Positions 40,099 through 52,500 of a DNA stretch of 64,000 nucleotides are shown here, piece by piece. Under the pieces are notes generated by a model. The model worked only from the letters and a program-made list of their open reading frames with translations. It made no database searches and had not been told where the DNA came from. This DNA is from Hormiphora californensis. Taxonomy: Eukaryota; Animalia; Ctenophora. The stretch covers positions 7,254,001 to 7,318,000 of the forward strand of contig CM035359.1 of NCBI GenBank assembly GCA_020137815.1, read 5' to 3'. The position numbers were made by a program, and so were the translations under genes. Position 1 is the first letter of the stretch. Every line of letters begins with the position of its first letter.

Positions 40099-40526
40099 AA
40101 AACAGTCGTGCCTGAACCTCAGGTCAAGTGCAGGGCTATTCACCGAGATCTCAGTGACGGCCTTTTTGTGTTTTACCTGAAATCAGGTTTAGATTATTTT
40201 ACGAATCCGAAGTATAGGATTGAATAAACCCTCTAAACCCGTCTAAACCAATGAAATTGCAGGGTTTAAGAAAGGACCAATCAGGCGCGAGCAGCTCACC
40301 TACCTGTGTGAGAGAGAGCAGGGGATAATGACGTCATTACACTGAGATCTCAGACTTTTGTGTCTCGGGGGTTTCAGGGTTCAAAATTCAAGCCTGATAT
40401 ATCCCAGAGCGTGCGATGTTACCGATTTCAGGGGATAGCCGTCACTGAACCCTGAAATCTCAGATTTCAGTGGTAAACAGCAGTAAAAAAGGTGCACTTG
40501 ACCTGAGGTTCAGGCACGACTGTTTT
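40099..40526. mobile_element. MITE with ~34-bp TIRs
   Basis: aaaacagtcgtgcctgaacctcaggtcaagtgca / tgcacttgacctgaggttcaggcacgactgtttt. Confidence 0.8.
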
Positions 40527-40637
40527 CTATGAATCCCGACGAAATAGCAGCCCTATAATGATAATGCCCAATAAGTTACTTCATGGCACCCAACAATTTT
40601 ATGGTTAAACCCACGTACCCTGTAAAACTGTTCCATT

Positions 40638-40803
40638 GGTCCAAGGGGGTGGGATCCCGCCCCTTTTAACCCGTGGGCGGTTCAAGGGGGTGGGATCCCG
40701 CCCCTTTTAACCCGTGGGTGGTTCAAGGGGGTGGGATCCCGCCCCTTTTAACCCGTGGGTGGTTCAAGGGGGTGGGATCCCGCACCTTTTAACCCGTGGG
40801 CGG
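40638..40803. repeat. ~41-bp minisatellite, 4 copies
   Basis: (ggttcaaggggg tgggatcccgccccttttaacccgtgggt)n. Confidence 0.9.
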
Positions 40804-40838
40804 TGGGAGTGGTTGATGATGCAATATGTAAACAGGGA

Positions 40839-41320
40839 GGGGGGCGTCACCTTTTTTTTGCCCATGTTTGCCCATATTTGACCATATGGAAACAACTGAT
40901 TTTTCAAAAATCGTGGGACTTTGGGCAAAATGGGCAAAAATGGGCAAAAAAATAACTCCTGCACCTTACATCATAGATAGGTTTAGCCACTATAATCGAA
41001 GCAGAATTTCACGCTGAGGAAGATGCTTGTATTTATTTTGTTCTAGGACGTTTCGGAAACCCATAAAAGCAAAAAAACCTAAAAAATCCTAAATTTAGGA
41101 TTTGACCACTAAAAAAATTTGACTTCTAATTAGACACCAAAGACCATTATGACCGAGTTTTATCAAAACTTGGGCTGTTCTCTCACATGAAATCAAGCTA
41201 TAGAGTTGAAAAAACGACAGATAACACTGAAAATTTCATTTTGCCCATTTTTGCCCATTTTGGCAAAACCAAAATTCGCTGGGATTATGGGCAATGGGCA
41301 AAAAAAGTGACCCCCCCCCC
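40839..41320. mobile_element. MITE with poly-G termini
   Basis: ggggggcgtcacc-T8-gcccat...atgggcaaaaaaagtgacccccc, with internal gcccattttt repeats. Confidence 0.6.
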
Positions 41321-41699
41321 CCCCCCCCACCAAGCAAATTAAAAGAAAAATAAGTTGAAAACAAAAAAAAAGATACCAAAAAAAATAAACAGCAAACCAA
41401 AATAACCAAAAAAGAAAAAAAAAGAAAAAAGAAAGGAAAACAAAAAGAAACCCCACCCCCCACCCAAACCCCCCTAAAAAAAAAACAATAAACCAGCCGA
41501 ATCAACACAAAAGAAAAATTTTTACAAGAAAAAAAACAAAACCCAGAAAAACTCAAACTAGAAAAAAAAGAACCATTCCCCCCCAGCCCACGTAAAAGCG
41601 TAAAGAAGCTTTAAGATGTGATGAGGCTTTAACCAGTGCCATTGGATCCAATTACTGATTGACTGTATGGCTTTATGGTGTTTTGTCAAAGCTTTCGAC

Positions 41700-42330
41700 G
41701 AGCAGTTTTGAACCCAAATCGGGGATCGGTATTGGGCGAAGTTGTATCTTTACATTTACTATTCAAATTGTCAGTGCTACATCACCTAGCAACTACACTT
41801 GCACGTGCAATTATTAGAGCAATTTAGAAACCTCACTCCCAGTTGCAGCTTTGGGTACCAAGGGCCAATTCAATTCTGCACGTGCATTCTTTTACTTTTG
41901 TCCTGATGTCTTGCTCTTCCACCCCAAGCGCTATTCGGCAACGGTTATATAGGTCCAGAAGATCTGCTGCTGTCAGGGAGCAGGCTAGAGAATATGACAG
42001 ATTACGCCAACGACCAACGTGTTCAAGCGAGCCAATCAACGACTACGGATAGCTTTACCCAGCGTCGCCCAAGGGTGATTACTCCAGTCGAATATAGAAA
42101 TCTCCGAATCGGCTACATAGCGGCCAAGTTTTCACGAGATGAGTTTCTGGAGCACATTGATCTCTTAAATTCGCACCTTGACATTGTCAGGAAGCCCAGA
42201 GCGTACAACAACATGGGTAGGGAGAAAGTGAGAGATAGGGTAGGAATGGATGGTGGAGGTGATGTCAGGGTTCCCTAATCAAGCTACCATTTCCCCGAAA
42301 TTCGCCCGTAGGGCGAACGGGCCTACTAGT
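41700..42330 (+). mobile_element. Probable Helitron remnant (3' end defined, 5' end uncertain)
   Basis: Hairpin ttcgcccgtagggcgaa followed by cgggcctaCTAG|T at 42301-42330. An upstream Arg-rich ORF fragment reads RQRLYRSRRSAAVREQAREYDRLRQR. Confidence 0.5.
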
Positions 42331-42528
42331 CCTTATTATGTGAATTGTGAATTTTGTCTGCCTCGTGATTGTGAGAAGTAACTTTTGATGACGTAGAGGG
42401 TGCTACAATTTTTGAATCGGCCCACCCCAGGAAGAGAACTGGTTTTCTAGCTCTCTCTATCTCTATCTATCTCCCTCTCTCTCGTCCCAACACTGTACAG
42501 TACTTCTCACAAGGTAGCAGCCGCTTGT

Positions 42529-42633
<105 letters not shown>

Positions 42634-42891
42634 GCCAGTTCGTCCCAATGACCTCGACACCTCACCAAGAAATGTCCCCGACGATCACGCAATGCGGCTC
42701 CTTCAACTAATCGCTCACATGACTCCCACTGCAATCTATCTGTTTCTCTCTGTTTTTCTTTATCAGGTTCGTTACAGCTCTGGTAGCACTATCAGCGAGT
42801 AACGATATTTCACCCCCAACGGTCATTTTTACCTAACTTTGTCGATTTTTAATTCTTGAATCTTCCTGTCCAGGGATACTAGTGCTTCAAA

Positions 42892-43662
42892 ATGCCTCCT
42901 AAGTCTAATCCTGGTATTAGGGGTAAGGGTGGTAGGGGCGGTAGGGGAGGTAGGGGTGGCAATAGTGGTGGCAATAGTGTTGATGGTGAGAGAGATGGTG
43001 TCCTAACTAGATCTAAGACCAATAATGCACATTTCTCTAACTCCCCCAGCATGCCAGATATATCAAATTGCCCTTCTGAATTTGTAGATTTCTTCAAATA
43101 TCTGTTACAAAAGATTGATAATCTTGAATCACGCCTCGCTCAATCTGAGCAGTATAACCGTCGCTCCACCCTAATTGTATCTGGTTTTCCCGTAGCAGAG
43201 GGCGAGACTTCTGAATCTCTGAAAACCGCAGTATGCAAACATCTCACTGATGAGACCCAGGTACCCGTGCGTGAAAGTGATATTCAAGCTTTGCACCGCA
43301 ATAAGCCTCCTAGTACTAGACCTGTCGCTGACAAGAAGGATGCACCGAGACCAGCCGAGCCATCTATTACTGTCAGAATTTATGACTTCAATCTTAAAGA
43401 CAGTGTTCTATCTAAGTATAGAAATTACTCAGGCAATAATGTCAGAAAACCCGTGAGAGTGGCACAGTCGCTCTGCCCTTACTATTTAGATCTCAGGTAT
43501 AAGATCAGCGAGTGGTTCAAGGATAATAACCTTAAACCCAGGTACATACATTACCGGTCACCATCTGCTGGTCTTGTAATTAAGTATGGTGATGATCTTA
43601 TCACTAAGATTTTCAGTTGGCATGATTTCATGAGCATCGCCAGCAAACTGACTAATAATTAA
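42892..43662 (+). CDS. LINE ORF1 protein (256 aa)
   Basis: RGG-rich N-terminus, coiled coil, and the EQYNRRSTLIVSG motif typical of CR1/L2-group ORF1. Confidence 0.85.
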   Translation: MPPKSNPGIRGKGGRGGRGGRGGNSGGNSVDGERDGVLTRSKTNNAHFSNSPSMPDISNCPSEFVDFFKYLLQKIDNLESRLAQSEQYNRRSTLIVSGFPVAEGETSESLKTAVCKHLTDETQVPVRESDIQALHRNKPPSTRPVADKKDAPRPAEPSITVRIYDFNLKDSVLSKYRNYSGNNVRKPVRVAQSLCPYYLDLRYKISEWFKDNNLKPRYIHYRSPSAGLVIKYGDDLITKIFSWHDFMSIASKLTNN

Positions 43663-43778
43663 CCTGTTTTTGTGTGTTTGTTTTGTACTTGTATCCATGC
43701 TCTTTATCTGTATCAGCACACCTATTACCCTGGACATATCTATATTGAATAATTAACAATAATCTTCATGTCAGAGAT

Positions 43779-46700
43779 ATGTGTGGTAAATGTAACAAGG
43801 CTGTATACCTGCACAACCATCATGTTTATTGTAATTTTTGCGAGAAGGTGGTACACGGGAAGTGCCATAACTTCGATATTGACACATGTATTGCCATTAA
43901 CAACACAAAAGACTGGTTCTGCCCAGATTGTATTAACAGTATTCTCCCAGTATCGGTATTTTATGTTGATAATTGCCTTGGAAATATACCTATGCAGGAT
44001 TGTAGCTACTGTCATAACCTTATAGGCAAGTTGTCACCTCACTTGAGGTGCACCAAATGTGATTGTACAATGCATTCCAGATGTTCTAATAGTGGTGTTT
44101 GTCTAACCTGTCATTATAGTTTGCCTCTAGATTCAAGGGACCCGCCGTCTCTTTCGATTTTTAACCCGTTTACCCCTGATCCAACTAACAACCCCATTAA
44201 TGATATTACTGACAATACCACTCAGCATACAATATCGCACACCCTGGACAATTGTGTTAATCTCGATTATTTTCCAAGTTCTAACCCTGGCACCGTCTCT
44301 ATAGCACACTGTAACATAGATGGTTTTAAATCAAATTTTTTTGAGTTTAGTGCCAGGTCCAACATCTTGTCAAGGGGTGTTAATAATCAACCCGATATTT
44401 ATATGTTTTGTGAAACGAACTTGTCACCTATTGATAATATCAGTCAATATGAATTACCCATGTATAAATCTTACCATGCACCCAATGTTACTGGGAAAAT
44501 CAAGGGCGCTGGCCTTGCGGCCTATGTTAGGCATGATATTGATTTCACTCCGTGTTCTAGCATGACAATTAACACCAATACCTTTCAATGTTTGGGGGGT
44601 AAAATTAAAATGTCTAATAATCAGATTATGAATGTTGTGGTTATTTACAGGTTCCATCGTATCGACATGGAATCCTTTTTTACAGATATTACAGCTCTTT
44701 TAGAGATAGTTTGTAGAAATAACTGCATCATCACGGGTGATTTTAATTTAAATCTGTTTAACAGTGAGTCTAGTCTAGTGAGGCGCTACCTTAACCTGTT
44801 CATGAGTTTTGGTTTAGCCCCACTGATAAGCCGCGCCACGAATCACACTTTCAACGCATCAACGCTAATTGATCAGACATGGTCGAACATTATATCAACT
44901 GATACTAGGTCATATCTTGTTCCCAAACTTGCTGTATCCTCCCATGTTCCTACCGTCTGTTACTTCTCTGATCCCTACAAGGTGGTTGAATGTGGACCCA
45001 GAGAGATAGAGAAACTTGTGTTCAACCAGAGCACACTAAAGGGTTTTGAAAACGAATACATGTCTATTTGTCAACCATTAGTTAAACTTTTAGATTCTGC
45101 TAACACCTGTACTGACTTTACCTACTATTTCTCTAATTATTACTCTAGTCTCTACACTCTCTATAGGAAGCACTTTATTAGGACCATTATCCTAAAAACC
45201 AATCGTAACAGTCATGATAAACCTGGATCACTCCCTCTATAGGTCGGTCTTGTCACGTTAAGTCACAACTTTACAAAAAGTGGGTTGCATCTAGGGGTAC
45301 TGGCGGTGAAGCTTCAGCTGCGTTTGACTATAGAACTTACCGTGCTGTCCTTAGGGACCTAATCACTAGGTCCCGTGATTCTTTCTTCACGGATAAGTTT
45401 AATAAATGTTCAAACGATGTTAGGAAATGCTGGGCAGTCATAAATGAACTTAGAGGGAAATTTTCTGTCCCTACGTTTCCCAAACAGCTTCTTCGGGGTG
45501 AACAGGTTGTCACAAATCAATCAGAGATTGCTAATGCAATGAACACGTATTTTACCGGTATTGCTGAGAGAATGAACACCTCAAAATACGGGTCTACTGA
45601 GCCTGACATAGGTCTTTATGGCCGTTTTCTTGGTCCCCGTATAAACAATTCTATCTTTTTAACCCCAGTTACACCTGGTGAAATCTGTTCTGTGATCTCC
45701 TGCCTGAAACCTAAGAAGTCTTCGGATATACAGCCAGCCTGCCTAAAACACTTTAGTCCCCTTTTCTCAGCTGACTTTTCAACTCTTATTAATAAATGCA
45801 TGTCACTCGGTATTTTCCCTAGCGAGTTAAAGAGCGCGAAAGTGATTCCTCTTCATAAAGGGGGTGACACTGATACTTTCGGTAACTACAGACCTATATC
45901 TCTACTTCCTGTCTTAAGTAAGGTCATTGAAAAGTGTCTCCACAGCCGGTTAGTAAAGTTTCTAGATATCAATAATGTTCTAAGTGTAGACCAGTTTGGT
46001 TTTAGGAAAGGTCTGTCGACAACTGACGCTCTTCAGAAGGGTATAGCTAATGCAGTTACTAGTTTGGACCACAACTTTTTTACCTTGGGTCTTTTTCTAG
46101 ACCTAAGTAAAGCTTTTGATACGATTCATCATAAGATCCTGTTATCCAAACTAGAGCACTACGGTATCCGTGGTATAGCTCTTGATTTGATCCGGAGTTA
46201 CCTCAGCAACAGAACCCAGCGTGTATGTATTGGAAACAATCATTCTGATAATCTCACAGTTTCCTTTGGGGTACCTCAAGGTTCTATCTTAGGACCCTTA
46301 CTCTTCATTTTGTACATTAACGACTTGATGAATTTATCTAGTAGCTCAAATTCACCCGATTGTGTCATGAAATTCATCCTCTTCGCTGATGACTCAAATG
46401 TATTTTTCTCCGGTAAAACCGTACAAGGTGTACAAAATTGCATTAATGACTTTCTGTTATCCCTCCAGAAATTTCTGGACTCCAACTTTCTCCACGTTAA
46501 CACATCGAAAACCAAATTCATGTATTTTACAACACCGCAATCAAAAAGTTGTCTACCTACCTTTAAAATGGTTTATGCTGATACTGTGATTGAACAGGTC
46601 AGCAGCATTAGATTTTTGGGGGTTGAAGTTAGTGAGAATCTTACGTGGGATCTTCACATACAATCTGTTTGTACCAAACTAAATCGTAACATAGGCTCGT

Positions 46701-47251
46701 TACGTAATATTCGCAACTCACTCCCGGTCAGACTACGTATTTCTGTTTATCACGCACTTATCCATTCACACATTAACTACGCTATCAGTGTTTGGGGTAG
46801 CGGAGGTCTCTGTAACAAGCTCCTACCAATCTTCAAATGTCAAAAACATGCTCTCCGTTGCCTCTTCTCACTCAGGCGTAGTCCGGGTGTTCACGGTCTG
46901 CCTGGCACCAAAACAACTTTTAACACTAACCAAATCTTGACTGTTCATAACCAATACTTCCTATCAGTCTTAGCAGTTGTCCATAGGGATATTTTTGTCG
47001 GGGAACTAGTCCAGTTCTCCGAAAGGAAAGCTGATTTGGCCATCATACCTAAAGGTGTCCACAGGTATCTGGACCCTAACTTCTATTTCATGGGCCCTAG
47101 GCTTTGGAATTCTTTCTCCTGCAAGTTAAATTCTCCCAATACTAGCTCGTTTAAAAGGTCAATCAAGCACATGCTACTCGAGAATCAGGTTAAAGGTGAT
47201 CCCTCAAGTTGGGAAGATTCTAACTATTCTCCGGTTCAAAACAAAAGATGA
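43779..47251 (+). CDS. LINE ORF2: PHD-like Zn fingers, AP endonuclease, reverse transcriptase; single frameshift at ~45223
   Basis: CNFCEKVVHGKC..WFCPDC; APE motifs CNIDG, CET, GDFN, TLIDQ and SSH; RT motifs NYRPISLL, QFGFR, LDLSKAFD, GVPQGSILGP, FADD and FLGV. Adding one C at aaacc^tgg restores KPWIT and a continuous frame into 45539..47251. Confidence 0.92.
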
Positions 47252-48339
47252 TCTGATGATACTGTCAAAATATGATCTCAAGAAAATGCCAAAATACAAT
47301 CGATTAAAAGATGTTACAGAATAGTTTTTCTTGGTCCACACGTGGACCTTCACTCCCAGCCGTCCTGTCTAGGACAGACAACCCTCACCACCACAGACCC
47401 CAGTCCACGGACTGCTTCCTTTCCCATGAACACCTCATTTTATTTTCTCAGTGTTGTTTTCTTTTTAATTCACCCTGTTTTCTTTTCCCTTTTTTTCACG
47501 TTGTTTTTCAGCTAGATTGATCTGCTTTGTGTGTTCCTATTTTTCCTATTTTTCAAGTGTGTTTTTTACATGTGTAATTTTGATCTGATTTTTGTTTCAT
47601 TATGTTTTCGTACACCGCACTTTTCGTACCCCACCCTACTGTGTTTTTCCATCCCTGTTTTTTACAGTCCCTCCAACCTTAGTATTTTGTATCCCTTGTT
47701 ACTATATTGTTCTCATTATGCGATCTAACCCAGACACCCCCTTTCGCTTGGGGAGGGCCTGGAGTGAGTGGGTCGCCCGGTCTGATCGAACTACCTAGTC
47801 AATTGACCATTTCGTTCATACCGGGCGTACTCGTTTGCCCTGGGTGCTCCCTTTGAGAAGGATGGGACCTCTTTCCCCTCTAACCGTAACACCCACGCCC
47901 CTTTCTCTTGGGGAGGGCCTGGGGTGAGCGGGTCGCCCGGTCGGATCGACTCGTCTTTCTTGCCGGGCGTTACTCGTTTGCCCCGGGTGCTCCCCTCGGG
48001 ATGAGGTGGCACCTACTTCCCTTCTAGCGTATCCCACTTTAGATCCTTCCAACGTTCCTGTCCTGTTTTCCTCCACACATATCCATCCTCCAGCTCCATA
48101 CTCCTGCGGAACTATATTCCCCACAAGCCTGTGGATTTTCGAGAAACTGTTTTAGTGCCTTTTGTTTTTAGTGTGTTTAGCGATTTTCCTCGCACGGGGA
48201 CGGACTTAATTACGGACTGTTTTATAGTGTGTTTTCCATTATTTTGTTCAATTTTAAATTTTTTCAATCAATCAATCAATCTCTCTCTCTGTCCCCTCCC
48301 TCCCTCTCTCACTCTCTCTCTCTCTGTTTTTCTCTCTCT

Positions 48340-48408
<69 letters not shown>

Positions 48409-49213
48409 GCTTGAAGCGTCAAAAGCTAGAGATAAGTGCTCGTGGTTTTAGTCGAGTTGGTTGAGATCTCAGATCACTACTATCTATAGCCACTATCCTG
48501 TGCCCTTGATAATATTGATAGGGGAGGAACCTTTCCTTAGTAACCTTCTCATTTTGACCATCATTTTATTGCATTATCCATTGAATTAATCTGTTATTTC
48601 TAATTTCTGTTAAATCTGTTGTAGAGAGAAGTCCACCACATTTCAACGCTCTCTTCCCCCCTGAAACTCCCACAACGATGAACTCCCTAGCTCTGCTATC
48701 TGTCCTAGTGTAAGTATGGAACACGTTGCCTTGTTCGATCCTCCCTCCCCGCGCCCATGAATACATCACCACGGGACCTGTACGACAAGACGTCTAACAG
48801 ACGTTTTAGCTGCGAGACGCGAGTCACGAGATATCAAATATAAAATTCTCGATATTTAGTTACCTGACTAATGATGTCTTCTTTTCAGTGTCGCTATCTC
48901 GGCAGGATGGCATCCTGATCCCATTCCTGTAAGTATTTCATTCACTATGCACTCAAGGGTTAGACTTCTAAACTAATCAAACTAACAACACTATTACAAT
49001 ATAAGTAGAAGAATTAGTAGAAGGGTAGAAACCAACATTCTATGTAGAAATAGAAATAGAATGTTATACAGAGGAATAGTAATTCAAAATGGGCAGTCCG
49101 CAGTAGGCTGTCAGGTGACCACTCGCTTGCTCAGAAAATCATCAAAGGAGAACAGATGTCAGATGCCAATTGTCAAGTAGCACGCTGACATCTGGTATTA
49201 TACGAACCCATAC

Positions 49214-49482
49214 TAAAGTGGCATTTTTAGAAGTTGTCACCCCCTGGGTGGCGTGTGAGTTTTTATTTGCGTGTCGGAAACTTGTCGGAAGCTTGTTTTG
49301 GCTCTCACGCCTTTTTTCTTGACCAATTTCGTCAAACAAAACTCTTATGGACTCACAAAATGATGCTCTTTCCGATGATATGCGGCTTTTTGCGGAAAAA
49401 TGAGAGCAAGTGGAGGCTGTCACACGCAAAAACGACGCCGCACGTGAAAAGGGGGGTGACAACTTCAAAAAATCCGACTTTA
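49214..49482. mobile_element. MITE, same family as 7823-7945
   Basis: taaagtggcatttttagaagttgtcacccc...ggggtgacaacttcaaaaaatccgacttta. Confidence 0.75.
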
Positions 49483-49535
49483 TTAAGAATTTCTGTGATT
49501 ATTTCCAGCTGTTATAATACCTCCCTAAATTTCAG

Positions 49536-52500
49536 CTTGTCGATACATTCTGTTCAAGCAACCCCTTGAGTACCACGATGCCCTCGACGCATGCCTTGCT
49601 CTGGAGTGGCCCATTACCAACGCAGGTAGGTTTATTGACAGTGTCAATAGTACCAAGCTGTTCTCACGTGCTTATTCGAAAGAAATGGGAATAGGGTCAG
49701 CTGCCAATGCTCTGACTTGTTGAGGGTTCTTTCTCACTGGAAACTCCGATAACTTTCCTGCTCCTGCATGTGTTCAAGGTGGTTGTGATCCACGAACTAA
49801 ATGATGTAGCGGTCTAGGACTTAAAATTCACTCGGGAAGATATTATTTGCGCTTTATTATTTTGCTGTAGTCCTAGTGTCGCTATATTGTAGGCATTCAA
49901 TATTCCACCAGTTCTTTGAATGACTACCCTATTATAGTTGCACCTCAATGTCCCATGTGGTAGAATTGTTATTATTTATATCTATGGATGAGTGCTTGCA
50001 ATAAGGCTCTCATGGAGAGATGGGTAAGATTGTTCCCCACAACAAACTATTAAAATATAATGCTAGATTTAAATATTCAACTAGCTTCAATACCATACCA
50101 TGAATTATGCAGAAAAGAGGATAAAATAAATATCTGGTTTATATAGTCTCACAAAAGACTGGGACTAGGAGAGTTACAATTCAGCGTGTGCGAGATTACA
50201 GTCATGTATTAGTATCACGACTTGACTGGTTTATAACACTACACTATAACTATTAATTCTCAACTACAACTAAAACGTCTAAAACTACTAATTCTCCTGC
50301 AGTGCGCATCTTCTTACTGTATTTCTATTACGGTAATACGACTACAAGCAGCACTGTTAAACTACTAATTCTCCTGCAGGCATTGGAATGGCTACTGTTC
50401 GAACTGAAGCTGAGAACGACGATGTCAGCAATCTTATTCGAATTGGGTTCGGTTTCCATTTTGACGTAAGTTACATCTTATCATTGAAACATCTCTCGGT
50501 CTGACTCAACATTAGATTGTATTCAACATCTACTTTATAGTTCCTGACAAAATGTTTTTTTCTGTAGGGCAAAAAACCCTACAAATATGGAAACTGGGCT
50601 CTTATTGGGCTGAGTAAGAGGAGGAACAACGACTACAAAATACCAGAGGAAGAAGAGGTAAGTGTGGGACGTGGTGGAGGAGGGGTACAATGAACAGGGA
50701 TAGGGAGTCAGGGATATAATAGAGATATGGGAAGAGAGAAATATTTCGGATCTAAGTAAGGTGAACCCTGTAGGGTGTGTTTAACGCTGAGGACTGGTGG
50801 TTTTCTAATGGAATGAGGACCAACTACACCAAATGGCACAAAGGATTCCCTGACCAGCAAATGAAGGGGTAGGTCCTACATTCATTTCTTACATTCATTT
50901 CTTACTCACATCTAGTGCACCTACATACCTTTTTAGTTGCGTTATGTCAGCTAGTGTTGGCCCGGCCTGACCATATGAATCTCATTTCTTTCAAATAACT
51001 GTTCTTTACGTGGATGGAGCGTTTGAGGACCGCGGTAAAAGCATTAGCCTGACAGGTTCCGTTAGCATCAACTAATTCTTGAGATCACTACTCTGTCCAA
51101 CTATATCCACCGCTCCGTTCAAAGACCGTTTTTACAGTCCACTCACACCTGTACATCTCTCTTCACCTTACTAAATACCAGGAAGCGACCGAATATTCGG
51201 TTCGGTTCGGTTCGGTTCGGAAATTCGGTGTTTTTTGGGCGGTTCGGTTCGGTTCGGTTCGGTAGGAAATTTTGGCCGAACCACCGAATTTTTTGGTCAA
51301 AAAATGCCCAGAAATCGGGCTTTTTCATGCAAAATTTTTCAACTATTTCACGAAAATTGTATGGATTTCAATGTCAATTTCGCCGTATTAACCCTATTTC
51401 GAATCGGTGGTGCTATGTGGAAATGATTTCGCTAGTTAGCGGGTTCGATATGGATTGATTTGATACCTGACTTCCCGTCGAATCGTGTCCTCATGAGAGG
51501 GTCAACAAATTCAGAAACTTTTTTTTCAAAAAATTCATGGAGAGCACCGATCAAGGTGTTAAGAATCATTCTCTGAAATTTTGTAAAAAAGTTTGGAAAA
51601 TATTTCAAAGTAAATTTTATGGAAAATTTTCTATGTCAATTTTTGCGTACGAATCGTGTTTCGAATCGGTATTGCTAAGCGGGAGTGATGTTGCTAATTA
51701 GTGGGTCCGAGATGGATTATGCTGATACGTGATCCCCCATCAAATCTAATTAGGAAGTTTAGGGGAAACGATTCATGTTTCAATAAATCCTGCTAATTAA
51801 CGAGAGCACTGCCGCATAGCATCACCGATTCGCAACACGATTCGTACGGCAAAATTGACATAGATTTTTTTTTCCGAAATTGACTTTGAAATATTTTACA
51901 AAGTTTTTTTCACAAAATTAAATGTTTCTCTAAAAATTCATGGAGAGCATCGATCAAGGTATTGAGAATCATTACCTGAAATTTTGTGAAATTTTTTTTG
52001 TGAAAAGTATTTTAAGTAAATTATGGTATACGAATCGTGTTTCTAATCGACAATGCTAAACGGGAGTGATGTTGGTAATTAGTGGGTCCGAGATGGACTG
52101 ATACGTGATCCCCCACCAAATCCAATTAGGAAATTTAGAGAGACACGATTCATGGTTCGTTTAATCCTGCTAATTAGCAATACCATTCCCGTATAGCATT
52201 GCCGATTGGAAACACGATTCGTACGCAAAAATTGACATAGAAAATTTACGATAAAATTGACTTTGAAAATTTTTTCACAAAATTGACTTTGAAATTTTTT
52301 CAAACATTTTTTAACAAAATTTCAGAGAATGATTCTCAATACCTTGATCGGTGCTCTCCATGACTTTTTAGAGAAACATTTATACAGAAAAAGTTTTGTA
52401 TGGTTCGGTTCGGTTCGGTTACCGAAATTCGGTTCGGTTCGGTTCGGTTCGGTTCGGTTCGGTTCGGTTCGGTAAAAAAGTTTTTCAAATTCGGTTCGGT

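Larger units (their letters stand above)
42634..48280 (+). mobile_element. Near full-length non-LTR retrotransposon (CR1/L2 group, Crack/Daphne-like)
   Basis: ORF1 plus ORF2 (PHD-APE-RT), a long 3' UTR ending in (TCAA)n, and (TC)n tracts on both sides. Ends are approximate. Confidence 0.9.

Noticed and set aside
41330-41600. A-rich stretch giving hydrophobic Phe-rich ORFs
   Set aside because: Low-complexity, probably low-quality sequence.
47751-47995. LINE 3' hairpins as a hammerhead/HDV ribozyme or SRP RNA
   Set aside because: There is no CUGAUGA/GAAA core, no evident nested pseudoknot, and no SRP similarity beyond gccgggcg.
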